Source: Candidatus Cloacimonas sp.
GTDB taxonomy: Bacteria; Cloacimonadota; Cloacimonadia; Cloacimonadales; Cloacimonadaceae
DNA: 64,000 nucleotides
NCBI GenBank assembly: GCA_039680785.1
Contig: JBDKSF010000068.1
Location: 31,922 to 95,921 of the forward strand
Direction of reading: 5' to 3'
Part shown: positions 8,934 to 20,788 of the stretch, piece after piece
Layout of the letters: the number at the start of each line of letters is the position of its first letter
How positions within the stretch are numbered: position 1 is the first letter of the stretch
Translations under genes and position numbers: made by a program
The notes under the pieces: model-generated
The model's database searches: none
What the model saw: the letters and a program-made list of their open reading frames with translations, nothing else
Told to the model about the DNA's origin: nothing

Positions 8934-9914
8934 ATGAAAAAAGTTATACCAATAGTAAGTCCCGCTGTTAATTATCTAACTTATGTTCAAGCAATTTGTG
9001 GCATAAACTGGGAAATTGAAGATAAAGAGCGTAAGAACGAAATGCTCTCGGAAGAAGATCAAGTTTATATGCAATCTTGTGCCGATAACTTGAGATTTGG
9101 AGATGGCTCGGTATCCTCATTAACAGAGATATTTTACTTCCTTCCAGCTTATATATTCAAAGAAAATAGTGCCGGCATTATGGAATATTTTTCCTGTTTA
9201 GAACACTGTTATGATGTAGGTAGTCCATCACCTTTAATTGAGGAATATGGTGACCATATTAAACGAATGCAAGAATTTAATGCTTCCTTTTTACTGACTA
9301 TTAAATCATTAAATCAGGAAGAAGTACTCTTTAAAATCAAGCATCTAAGCACTATATATAAAACATATTACCTGAAATATTTGCACTTGATCTGGAGCCA
9401 CGATAAAGTAATTATAAATAGAACATTTGATTACATAAATGAGACATTCTCCGTGAATGACATAGTTAGTAAATGGGAAGTAGCTACAGGTTTTGATCTG
9501 CTTGCCGAGCAATATCAGCTGATTATAGTTCCCTCTCTTCAGTTTGGACCATGCGCAAATTCATTGCATTATGGTGTAAATATCTTCCCGGCTATTACAG
9601 AATACTGCCCTAAGGAATACTTTGATCATTTTATCTCGCATGAGATTGGAACCCACATCCTAAAACCTCACACTTTAGATAAAGCTGACATAGCAGATGA
9701 TAATTTTCGCATCCCCTATATTGCTTTTGAGAATCTGGCAAAACACATCAACCTAAAGATCCTATCAAATAGATATCAATATGAGTTAGGTGAAGAATAT
9801 TACGAGGATGCGATTTTTGAAAGTATCTATAATAATCTGGATACATTGGCTAATGATGATATTGGTGCTATGTACTTTACTGCCATAGACCAGTATAAGA
9901 AATTGAAATCATAG
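8934..9914 (+). CDS. hypothetical protein with HExxH motif (possible gluzincin-type metallopeptidase)
   Basis: 'FISHEIGTHILK' and downstream 'AFENLA'; AGGAG RBS; no signal peptide. Confidence 0.5.
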   Translation: MKKVIPIVSPAVNYLTYVQAICGINWEIEDKERKNEMLSEEDQVYMQSCADNLRFGDGSVSSLTEIFYFLPAYIFKENSAGIMEYFSCLEHCYDVGSPSPLIEEYGDHIKRMQEFNASFLLTIKSLNQEEVLFKIKHLSTIYKTYYLKYLHLIWSHDKVIINRTFDYINETFSVNDIVSKWEVATGFDLLAEQYQLIIVPSLQFGPCANSLHYGVNIFPAITEYCPKEYFDHFISHEIGTHILKPHTLDKADIADDNFRIPYIAFENLAKHINLKILSNRYQYELGEEYYEDAIFESIYNNLDTLANDDIGAMYFTAIDQYKKLKS

Positions 9915-10098
9915 AATGATTCCGATATGTAGGAATGTCACCTGTTGTCTGCTATATGTTTTTATAATCTGACATTATGACGATCTATTATTGCAATATT
10001 CGGTGATACTTCCTTTCCCTTTTCAGTAATATATTTTCAATTTTCGCTGATACTTTATCCTAAACTCATCCTTGGGATTGTTGCCTTGCAGAAAAAGC

Positions 10099-10127
10099 TT
10101 GACATCCACAGGGCTTTAGAGTATTAT
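10099..10127 (+). promoter_or_regulatory. near-consensus sigma70 promoter
   Basis: TTGACA (10099-10104), 17-nt spacer, TATTAT (10122-10127). Confidence 0.65.
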
Positions 10128-10279
10128 ATTATAAATGATTTATCTTGTTTGGATACATTGGGGATAAATGCTTCCGTGCCTTTGCCAAAAAGAATTCGGT
10201 AAGCAGGTGGATTCCCAAAGAAAATAAGTTGTAACCAGAAAAATTTGATATTAGTAAGTATCAAAAAAGCGAGAAAGCA

Positions 10280-12765
<2,486 letters not shown>

Positions 12766-13854
12766 GTGGATAGATTCAATGCTTGGATCTGCCTGAAATC
12801 TGCTCCGCTTTTAGGACCAAAAGGTGTTCTGGAAATTTTACAGCGCTATCCTGATCCACAAGAGTTTGTGGGAAACCCCGCTCATAACATCTACCGTGAG
12901 GATAAGCTTAAGCCAGAAACTATCAAACATTTAAGTAATTTTGTCCTGCCGGAAAACAGCCCTAAAATAGTGGACTTGCTGGCTAAATATCAGATCCAAT
13001 ATCTTTGCCTAACCGATCCTGACTATCCTGCCTGTTTAAAGGAGATTTGTGATCCGCCCTTGATTTTGTATTACAGAGGAGACCTTTTAGAAACCCTCAA
13101 AGACCTTTGTCTGGCAGTTGTGGGAACCAGAAAACCTACTTCCTACGGAGTGGAAATGACTCGGAAAATTCTCTCTCCGCTCTGTGAAAAAGGGGTAAAT
13201 ATTATCAGCGGTTTGGCAATGGGAATTGATACAATTGCCCATCAGACAGCTCTGAAAGCAAAGACAAAAACGATTGCCGTTTTTGCTTCCGGTTTGGAAA
13301 CTATCTATCCGCCAATGAATAAAGCCCTTGCCGAGCACATTATGGATAATGGGGCATTAGTTAGCGAATATGAACCCGGCAGCAAATTGGAACGCTGGAA
13401 TTTTCCTGCGCGCAATAGAATTATCAGTGCCCTTTCCCAAGCAATTTTGGTTGTGGAAGGTTCTCTCAATAGCGGCGCTATGCTTACTGCCAAATTTGCT
13501 CAGCAACAAAATAAACCGCTGTTCGCCTTGCCGGGAAACATTAATAACCGCAATGCACAAGGTCCCAATTTACTAATCCGACAGGGAGCTACTTTAGTAA
13601 GTTCCGCAGATGATTTAATCACTGATTTTGGGCTAAGCTCCTCTGTGAAAGAACAGCTGGAATTGATTCCGGAGCTTTCTGCTGAAGAACAATCAATATT
13701 TGACCTTCTTTCGGAAGCACAACGAGACATCACTTTTGATGAACTTTTGCTAAAAACCGGGTTGGGCTTTGGAAAACTTTCCACCTTGCTATTGAATTTG
13801 GAGCTGAAAGGAGTGATAGCCAAAAGTAGCGGAAATAGCTATATCAAATTGTGA
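12766..13854 (+). CDS. dprA: DNA processing protein DprA (Smf)
   Basis: LAVVGTRKPTSYG, IISGLAMGIDT, FPARNRIISALS, SGAMLTA; GTG start directly after the obgE stop. Confidence 0.95.
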   Translation: MDRFNAWICLKSAPLLGPKGVLEILQRYPDPQEFVGNPAHNIYREDKLKPETIKHLSNFVLPENSPKIVDLLAKYQIQYLCLTDPDYPACLKEICDPPLILYYRGDLLETLKDLCLAVVGTRKPTSYGVEMTRKILSPLCEKGVNIISGLAMGIDTIAHQTALKAKTKTIAVFASGLETIYPPMNKALAEHIMDNGALVSEYEPGSKLERWNFPARNRIISALSQAILVVEGSLNSGAMLTAKFAQQQNKPLFALPGNINNRNAQGPNLLIRQGATLVSSADDLITDFGLSSSVKEQLELIPELSAEEQSIFDLLSEAQRDITFDELLLKTGLGFGKLSTLLLNLELKGVIAKSSGNSYIKL

Positions 13855-13966
13855 GATAATTTCTTGTAACATAGAAAGCAAGGGAAAGGAAAGGAAAGGA
13901 AGCAAGAGGTTATTTTTATATTCACTGGTAACCTAAAAACCCAGAAACCCTGTCCCAATCTTCTCA

Positions 13967-14081
13967 TCAGAATTAAATAACAATAAGACCCTTCCTGTTA
14001 TCCCTCCAATTTTAACTGATAAATATATGTAGCTGATGGGAATGGATAATAAGGAGGGATACTTTTTACCTTTACCACCCA
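13967..14081. repeat. 115-bp hairpin element, copy 2
   Basis: aligns to 5821-5935 with the same anchor spacing and the same end TTTTTACCTTTACCACCCA; lies between convergent genes. Confidence 0.65.
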
Positions 14082-14090
14082 AGAAATGGC

Positions 14091-15044
14091 TTACGGTAAT
14101 TTAGTCACCTTGCGAACCAGTTTCCCGTTTCCATAGTTAATGGAGACAAAATACAATCCCGCCGTTTGATTGACAAAGACCTCGCTGAAGTCAAGCTGTG
14201 TTATCGCTCCGGCTTTCAGGATGTGCTCACTTTGGGTTATCAATCTCCCTTTTAGGTCGTAGATACTTATGCAAACAGGGCTGGAATTCTTTGCTTCCAG
14301 AATCAGGGAGAGATCACTGGCAAAGGGATTGGGGCTAAGGACCGCTTTCAGAGAATGGGTTTGAACTACATTATCTTCATTGGCAACATTGGGATCTGCT
14401 TGGTTCAGAACATAGAGCATACCATTATTCACAGTTAGGGTGTAGGCAATTATTCCATATTCTTTGGTTTCCCATTGATAGTAGTAATAGCTGATCACAT
14501 TCGTTTGATAATAGTAGCGAACCAGCAAAGCAGGATAACTTCCCAGTGGTGTGCTAACTTGACCTTCGGCTATCACTTTGCCACTGACTACATAGGTTCC
14601 ATAAGCCCAATTATGCGTCCCCGACCAGGTTTTGCCCAAATAATGTGGTAAGCCCATAGGAACAGGTGGATTCCAAACAAAATCCGGAGAAGCCGTGTAA
14701 CCAATGCTGAGAATGTCACTACCGGTATTTTGGTAGTATTGAGTTCCACTGCTGTAATAATCCAGTATGTTTTGCTCAAAAACGGCAGACATATTGGCAT
14801 TGGGGAAGCCGTTTACATTCTGCACACTGTGGAAGATGTTATTGACATATCCGGCAGAAGGCATATTAAAATTCCAAAGCTTGTTTGTGCCTTCCGAGAG
14901 GTCTGTTCCAGAAGAATTCCAAGGTCCTTCACTGTAGTTTCTGATCTTTCCTTCTGTGTAGCCATAATCGCTAACTTCGATCGTAAGGCAAAAACCCCGT
15001 AGCCAGTATAGCGAGATCGCCAATATCAATAGTATCCTGCGCAT
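14091..15044 (-). CDS. secreted protein with T9SS type A-like C-terminal domain
   Basis: signal peptide; tail 'SPNPF...ISIYDLKGRLI...AGLYFVSI....RKVTKL'. Confidence 0.72.
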   Translation of the reverse strand: MRRILLILAISLYWLRGFCLTIEVSDYGYTEGKIRNYSEGPWNSSGTDLSEGTNKLWNFNMPSAGYVNNIFHSVQNVNGFPNANMSAVFEQNILDYYSSGTQYYQNTGSDILSIGYTASPDFVWNPPVPMGLPHYLGKTWSGTHNWAYGTYVVSGKVIAEGQVSTPLGSYPALLVRYYYQTNVISYYYYQWETKEYGIIAYTLTVNNGMLYVLNQADPNVANEDNVVQTHSLKAVLSPNPFASDLSLILEAKNSSPVCISIYDLKGRLITQSEHILKAGAITQLDFSEVFVNQTAGLYFVSINYGNGKLVRKVTKLP

Positions 15045-15290
15045 TTTCAGATTCCTTATTCCTTTTTTTGTATATTATGAGGGCGTTTTCCTCTTTTGGC
15101 TCTACAAATGACGCTTGCGGGATTGTGTCAACTTTTCTTTCTGCTGGCTTATCCCTATTTTTCACCGGAGCTTTATTTTCATTTTTCCTGGCTGATATGT
15201 TCTGCTTAATTTACCTTGACACATAAGGCAATGTCAATTTTATGGATTAACATACATAATTGTATATAAATTTAAGGAGATAGCTAAAAA

Positions 15291-15425
15291 ATGAAAAGGA
15301 CTTACCAGCCCTCAAACACATCACGCAAAAATACGCACGGTTTTCGTAGCAGAATGGCTACCAAAAATGGACGCAAGGTTTTAGCTCGCAGAAGAGCAAA
15401 AGGGAGAAAGACCTTAACCGTATGA
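15291..15425 (+). CDS. rpmH: 50S ribosomal protein L34 (not in the ORF track; 44 aa)
   Basis: hand translation [44 protein letters not shown]; AAGGAG RBS. Confidence 0.96.
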   Translation: MKRTYQPSNTSRKNTHGFRSRMATKNGRKVLARRRAKGRKTLTV

Positions 15426-15429
15426 ATTT

Positions 15430-15756
15430 ATGGTCAAATGGATTACTTCTCATTCTGACTATGCCGATTTTTTTCATCCCGCTTTTGAAATCCGCACAAC
15501 ATATTTTTATGTGCCCGTGCTCAGAGGTGAAAGTGCAGCGGGCATTACCATCAGTCGTAAAATTGGCAACGCCGTTAAACGCAATTTGCTTAAGCGCAGA
15601 ATCAAATCTTGGTTGCGTACGAATCAGGAAAATATACCGGTTAATTACCGTTTTAATTTAATAGCCAAAACAGGGGCAGCGGATCTAAAATGGCAGGAAT
15701 TATCACAAGAGCTATTAAGAGTGATAAATCAATTAACATCAAAAGCATCCTGCTAA
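15430..15756 (+). CDS. rnpA: ribonuclease P protein component
   Basis: '[22 protein letters not shown]' RNR motif; between rpmH and yidD. Confidence 0.9.
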   Translation: MVKWITSHSDYADFFHPAFEIRTTYFYVPVLRGESAAGITISRKIGNAVKRNLLKRRIKSWLRTNQENIPVNYRFNLIAKTGAADLKWQELSQELLRVINQLTSKASC

Positions 15757-15983
15757 AGCAGGTTTTGCGGTTTCCTAATCTGCTTTTTTTGTTTCTCATT
15801 CGTTTTTATCAGCTCGTTTTTTCTCCCTTTTTACCTGCCAGTTGCAGATTCGAGCCATCCTGTAGTGTCTATGGCTATCAAGCATTCAAAAAATATAACT
15901 TTTTTAAGGCATTTTATTTAACTACCCTGCGTATCCTGAAATGCAATCCTTTTCACAAGGGCGGATACGATCCACTTCCCTAA
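15690..15983 (+). CDS. yidD: membrane protein insertion efficiency factor YidD (true start probably further downstream)
   Basis: '[10 protein letters not shown]...[11 protein letters not shown]...[17 protein letters not shown]'. Confidence 0.92.
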   Translation: MAGIITRAIKSDKSINIKSILLKQVLRFPNLLFLFLIRFYQLVFSPFLPASCRFEPSCSVYGYQAFKKYNFFKAFYLTTLRILKCNPFHKGGYDPLP

Positions 15984-15993
15984 AGGTTAAACA

Positions 15994-17628
15994 ATGGAAA
16001 AAAGAACATTACTTGCGCTGCTACTCGTTTTCATTCTCTTTTTAATCTTCAATGAATTCGTTTGGAAGCCACAACAAATAAAACAACAGCAGTTACAACA
16101 ACAAGAACAACGATCTCCCGTTCCCCAAACAGTTAAAGAGCCAGTCAAACCCGATTCCAGCAATTTTATTGCTTTGTCTGACACTCTTTTAGCAAAAGGA
16201 ATTACGCCTGCCACAATTCAGCTCTCCAATAAATTGATGACCGTTACTTTCAGTAACAACGGGGGTGTAATTAAACAAATTGAATTGCGTAATTATGCAA
16301 TGCACGACAGCACTAAAGTTAAACTGATTCCTGCAAACAATTCACTTGCCGGCATAAAACTCATTCATCCCGCCACTGAGACCCCTTTAAAAGATGTTAT
16401 TTTTAACTATAATGTCTCTCCCGATTCAATGGGAATCACTTTTTTCCTGGGTGATGAGAAAAATCCGCAAATCAGTAAAAGTTTCGCTTTGGACGATCAA
16501 TACGGCATAGCTTTGGATGTGGATGTAACTAATTATATAGTTACCAATGGCATAGAAGTAGATTTCGGTTGCGGAATCGCCGATACCGAAAAAACTACCA
16601 AAAGCAAAATACAGGATTATCGGTTTATGTTTTATGCCGATAATGAGATTTTTAAAACAACTTTGGCGAAAATGAAGAAAAAACAGCCCTCCGGTTCTTT
16701 TAACAGTTTCAACTGGATGGCTTTACGCGGTAAATATTTTACTCTTGTGCTAAAAGAAAATGAGCCCGCTCTGATGCGTTCTTTCAGCACCGGTTTGAAT
16801 CCAGAAACAGGTAATCCTACTTTTGTGATTGATTCCCGACAAAGCAATCCCAAACAAAGCTGGCATCAAAGTTTTGTCATTTATGCCGGACCTACGGACT
16901 ATCAAATCCTGCAAAAATATGGAAAACAAATGGATAGCATTCCCGAAAGGGGCGCTTCTTGGCTGCGTTGGCTTTCCAATATTTTTGAGTGGATTCTGAA
17001 ATTTTTACACCGTTACATTAAAAACTACGGAGTAGTTATTCTGATTTTTGCCCTGATTATCAAATTATTGTTGCATCCTTTAACTCAGCATCAATTAGTG
17101 CATAGCATGCGGCAGCAAAAAATGCAACCTTACATTGAAGAAATCAGAAAAAAATATGCCAACGATGTGGTAAAACAACGCGAAGAACTATCCAAGCTCT
17201 ATAAAGAAAATAAAACCAGTATGACTGCCGGCTGTTTGCCATTGCTGATTCAAATTCCCATCTTGATTCCGCTTTATAGTGTTTTGCGTTATTCCCTCGA
17301 TATGCGAAATGCTTCGTTTTGTTTATGGCTGAAAGACCTCTCCGAGCCAGATCCTTATATGATTCTCCCAATTATTATGGGTGGATTTATGCTTTTACAA
17401 TCGTTGATGATGCGACCCAAAAATGTAGATACTTCGAATATGACGGAACAGCAAAAAATGCAGCAGTCCCAGATGAAAATTATGACTTGGGGTATGCCGA
17501 TTTTTATGATTATCATCTTTCGTAGTATGCCTGCAGGTTTGGTTTTATACTGGACAACCTTCAATGTGCTGTCCATCATTCATCAATACTATCTTACCAA
17601 ATACATCAAGAAAAAGGAAAATCAATGA
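15994..17628 (+). CDS. yidC: membrane protein insertase YidC
   Basis: N-terminal TM, periplasmic domain, 'NYGVVILIFALIIKLLLHP', 'AGCLPLLIQIP', 'WLKDLSEPDP', 'PAGLVLYW'. Confidence 0.96.
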   Translation: MEKRTLLALLLVFILFLIFNEFVWKPQQIKQQQLQQQEQRSPVPQTVKEPVKPDSSNFIALSDTLLAKGITPATIQLSNKLMTVTFSNNGGVIKQIELRNYAMHDSTKVKLIPANNSLAGIKLIHPATETPLKDVIFNYNVSPDSMGITFFLGDEKNPQISKSFALDDQYGIALDVDVTNYIVTNGIEVDFGCGIADTEKTTKSKIQDYRFMFYADNEIFKTTLAKMKKKQPSGSFNSFNWMALRGKYFTLVLKENEPALMRSFSTGLNPETGNPTFVIDSRQSNPKQSWHQSFVIYAGPTDYQILQKYGKQMDSIPERGASWLRWLSNIFEWILKFLHRYIKNYGVVILIFALIIKLLLHPLTQHQLVHSMRQQKMQPYIEEIRKKYANDVVKQREELSKLYKENKTSMTAGCLPLLIQIPILIPLYSVLRYSLDMRNASFCLWLKDLSEPDPYMILPIIMGGFMLLQSLMMRPKNVDTSNMTEQQKMQQSQMKIMTWGMPIFMIIIFRSMPAGLVLYWTTFNVLSIIHQYYLTKYIKKKENQ

Positions 17629-18401
17629 CCACTATAGATAAAAGCGGAACATCTCTGGAAGATATTATCAGAGATTTCCGCAAGGATTATAACATTCACG
17701 ATTGGGAACTGCAATACGAAATCTTAAAAAAACCCTCCAAAGGCATTTTTGGACTTTTTGCCCACAAACTTGCCGTAGTGCGTTTCCAACTACCTACTAC
17801 ACAGGATAGAGCTAAACTTTTTATGCAGGCCTTACTGGAAAAAATGGGCATTAAATATGCCTCCTTAAACAGTAAAATGGAAGGCAAATCTATTTATCTC
17901 GAAATAAACGGTTCCGCCGATTCCGGTTTTTTAATCGGCAAAAACGGTTCTATGCTCGATAATTTGCAATACTTGATAAATCGTATTTTTGAAACCGACC
18001 GCCAGGTGGAAAAAATTTACCTGGATGTAGATGGATATAGAGAACGCCAGGCAGACATTTTCATTAAACCCTATATTCCTAAAATACTGCAAGTTAAGCT
18101 AAGCGGAAAATCCATTACCTTGGAACCGATGACCGCTTCCCAAAGACGCATCATTCATCGTTTCGTGGAAAAAGAAAATGGCTTGCGCACTCTTACTATT
18201 GGCGAAGGCGAAAAAAAACGCATTGTTATCTTTTCGGCTCGCCAAAACGAAAAAGATGCCCTCTCTCAAAGCAAAGCCATACACCAAAACCGCAACCCTC
18301 ATCCTGACCATCCAACCAAAAAGCCAGTAACAAAGACCTATCCCAAAAATAATAATGCCAAATCCAAACCGCACTTAAAACAACCTGATAATACGAACTA
18401 A
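17625..18401 (+). CDS. jag: Jag/EloR (KhpB) RNA-binding protein (Jag_N, KH, R3H)
   Basis: 'KGIFGLF', 'GFLIGKNGSMLDNLQYL', 'LEPMTASQRRIIH'; follows yidC. Confidence 0.9.
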   Translation: MTTIDKSGTSLEDIIRDFRKDYNIHDWELQYEILKKPSKGIFGLFAHKLAVVRFQLPTTQDRAKLFMQALLEKMGIKYASLNSKMEGKSIYLEINGSADSGFLIGKNGSMLDNLQYLINRIFETDRQVEKIYLDVDGYRERQADIFIKPYIPKILQVKLSGKSITLEPMTASQRRIIHRFVEKENGLRTLTIGEGEKKRIVIFSARQNEKDALSQSKAIHQNRNPHPDHPTKKPVTKTYPKNNNAKSKPHLKQPDNTN

Positions 18402-18408
18402 TATAATT

Positions 18409-19239
18409 ATGATCAAAATCTTTCCTGTCCCCGCCGGTTTTTATTGGTCTGATAGCGGTGCCTTTATGGGTGTTTTACCGTATCCGCTTTGGAGCAAAAA
18501 ATCCGAAATCGATGAACGCTTTCGCCGCAAACTGAATTTGAACCTACTCTTGATTCAAAGCGGAAACCGCAACATTTTAATCGATACGGGATTGGGCAAC
18601 CGTCTTTCCGCCAAACAAAGAGATATCTATCAACCCGGTGAATTTCTGCTACCTGTTTCGCTTGCGGAATTAGGACTGCAAGATAAAGATATAACAGATG
18701 TAATTATGACTCATCTGCATTTTGACCACGCCGGCGGAATTGTTACCGATTTTGGAACTTATGAGGCATTAACTTTCCCCAAAGCCAGGTATTGGATTCA
18801 AAAAGCGGAATGGGAAATGGCTAAAAATCCCGATGAACTAAATCAGGCAGCTTATAACTTTGCACAGCAATTATCCCTTCTGGATCAAAAAGGGAACATC
18901 ACTTTCGTTGAAGGGGAAGCGGAAATTGAACCCGGAATTACTTTAACCCAAGTTGGAGGCCACTCTGTCGGTAGCCAAATTGTGACCATCGATTGCGGCA
19001 CGGAGTATTACATTTACGCCGGAGACATTATTCCTACTCTGTTTCATAGTTCTTTGGCAATAACTTCCGCTTATGATGTTTCCCGCATTCAATCCGTTGC
19101 TGCCAAAAAACTTATCTATAGTCGGTTACAAGAACATAACGGAATTTTACTTCTAAACCACGACATTTCACAATGGCAAATACCCTTTTCGGAATTGAAA
19201 ATTGGCAAGCAAGCAATAAAGGATAAAATAGATAGTTAG
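18409..19239 (+). CDS. MBL-fold metallo-hydrolase (YtnP/lactonase-like)
   Basis: 'LIDTG', 'THLHFDHAGG', 'GGHSVG', 'AGDIIP'. Confidence 0.85.
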   Translation: MIKIFPVPAGFYWSDSGAFMGVLPYPLWSKKSEIDERFRRKLNLNLLLIQSGNRNILIDTGLGNRLSAKQRDIYQPGEFLLPVSLAELGLQDKDITDVIMTHLHFDHAGGIVTDFGTYEALTFPKARYWIQKAEWEMAKNPDELNQAAYNFAQQLSLLDQKGNITFVEGEAEIEPGITLTQVGGHSVGSQIVTIDCGTEYYIYAGDIIPTLFHSSLAITSAYDVSRIQSVAAKKLIYSRLQEHNGILLLNHDISQWQIPFSELKIGKQAIKDKIDS

Positions 19240-19564
19240 TTGAAACAATAAAGTAAAGGAGAAATCCTCATACCGCTGTTTACATAGCTGCCAATAATCT
19301 ATACAAAACCATTGTCTTTCCGTTCTTTTCCTACTTGTTTTCAGCTGAGGAAGCTGCAGTAAAAAGAGAGGTGAAAAAATACAATCTTCTTAATCTTTAC
19401 ATCCTTGTTTCTAAAGTTCAAACCTTGAATCCTGGTTTCTAAAACTAAATCCCTTACATCCCAAAAATCTTGTTCATCTCAGGCCTATTATCTTTTTGAA
19501 TCTGCGAAATCTGCGTCATCTGCGTGAAACTAAATCTGTGTAATCTGTGAGAGAATATCCCAAA

Positions 19565-19780
19565 GGAAGAACGACATCCTCGTCGTTCCCCATACAACCG
19601 AGTTATCCAGTTTCCACTTTATTCTATAAAAGCTTTATTTATGTAGTTTCCGCATTATTACATACAAGCTTGATTTATCCAATTTCCACTTTAATCTATA
19701 CAAGCTTGAGTTATGTAGTTTCCGCATTATTCTATATATGCTTGATAGTTTGTCTGTTGTGGTTGACGATGAAATCAACC
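19565..19780 (+). mobile_element. inverted-REP (REPIN/MITE-like) element with 4 internal 36-bp units
   Basis: left hairpin GAACGACATCCTCGTCGTTC, right hairpin GGTTGACGATGAAATCAACC; A(A/T)GCTT at 19630, 19666, 19702, 19738. Confidence 0.6.
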
Positions 19781-19793
19781 CTCCTTTTTTTGC

Positions 19794-19904
19794 CGGGTTA
19801 AAACCCGTCGCTTATATCTGTCGTCCCGCTGGGACTAATTTATTTGTTTTACATTGCGCCGGGTTAAAAACCCGTCGTTAGTATGTATCGTTCCTAACGG
19901 AACT
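19794..19904 (+). repeat. REP-like family B units (GGGTTAAAACCC with GTCCCGCTGGGAC or GTTCCTAACGGAAC), 2 copies
   Basis: same double-hairpin unit as at 43024-44014. Confidence 0.8.
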
Positions 19905-20134
19905 TAAAATTTGAAATACTCTAAATCCTAAAATCCTTGTTTGTAAAGAAGATAACATCATAATCCTAAAATTCTTGTTTCTAAATCTAAATCCTAAAAT
20001 CCTGGTTTATAAAACTAAATCCCTTAAATCCCAAAAATCCTGTTCATCCCAGGCCTATTATCTTTTTAAATCTGCGTAATCTGCGTGAAACCAAATCTGT
20101 GTAATCTGTGTAATCTGTGAGAGGATATTCCAAA

Positions 20135-20421
20135 GGAAGAACGACATCCTGTCGTTCCACATACAACCGAGTTATCAAGTTTCCACTTTATTCTATAAAA
20201 GCTTTATTTATGTAGTTTCCGCATTATTCCATACAAGCTTTATTTATGTAGTTTCCGCATTATTCCATACAAGCTTGAGTTATCCAGTTTCCGCATTATT
20301 CCATACAAGCTTGAGTTATCAAGTTTCCGCATTATTTTATACAAGCTTGAGTTATGTAGTTTCCGCATTATTCTATATATGCTTGATAGTTTGTCTGTTG
20401 TGGTTGACGAGGACGTCAACC
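20135..20421 (+). mobile_element. inverted-REP element with 6 internal 36-bp units
   Basis: A(A/T)GCTT at 20199, 20235, 20271, 20307, 20343, 20379; right hairpin GGTTGACGAGGACGTCAACC. Confidence 0.6.
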
Positions 20422-20599
20422 CTCCATTATTTTCGCACCTGATAAATATCTTGGTTTATAAAACTAAATCCCTTAAATCCCAAAAATCCTGTTCATCCCA
20501 TACCTATTATCTTTTTGAATCTGCGCCATCTGCGTTATCTGCGTGAAACCAAATCTGTGAGAGCTAAATTTCGGTGTTTTCGGTGGCTACACAATTCCT

Positions 20600-20735
20600 G
20601 CAAACCTTCTTTTTAACCCATCCATAGCTCCTCTTTCTATCCTCTTCCACTCAACCTAAACGAGGGGAGGAGGAGGAGAGGATGAGGCGATGAGGACGGG
20701 TGGTTAATAAGGAAATGGTTGCAAAGATACCATTT
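20600..20735. repeat. pyrimidine-arm/purine-arm long hairpin element (inverted homologue at about 53660-53800)
   Basis: CCTAAACGAGG and GGATGAGGCGA here are reverse complements of CCTCGTTTAGG and TCGCCTCATCC near 53690-53750. Confidence 0.55.
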
Positions 20736-20788
20736 AGAGTCAAAAAATCGCTATTCGGGTAGCTAACCGTTTATCAGTCAATCGCCTA

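Larger units (their letters stand above)
19380..20590. repeat. composite intergenic mosaic of palindromic and low-complexity modules (about 570-bp unit duplicated plus a partial third)
   Basis: module AAACTAAATCCCTTA(A/C)ATCCCAAAAATC(C/T)TGTTCATC(C/T)CA..CCTATTATCTTTTT(G/A)AATCTGCG starts near 19442, 20022 and 20461. Confidence 0.9.

Noticed and set aside
6103-9914. canonical type I, II or IV Thoeris, or CBASS
   Set aside because: No SIR2-SLOG, Macro, caspase-like or CD-NTase protein is recognisable in the cassette.
10138-10229. SRP RNA, 6S RNA or c-di-GMP-I riboswitch
   Set aside because: No SRP domain IV motif; too short and lacking a large symmetric bubble for 6S; only loose resemblance to the c-di-GMP-I core, with no GNRA-capped P2.
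15045-15290. oriC next to rpmH
   Set aside because: No dnaA gene and no cluster of TTATCCACA-like boxes seen.
19547-19801. short ORFs within repeat mosaics (also 43614-43831, 44041-44259, 52461-52691, 61907-62122)
   Set aside because: All lie in repeat DNA, lack RBS or domain motifs, and are best explained as chance frames.
20169-20384. 36-bp periodic array as a CRISPR array
   Set aside because: Units are contiguous with no unique spacers, the repeats are degenerate, and no cas genes are in the window.
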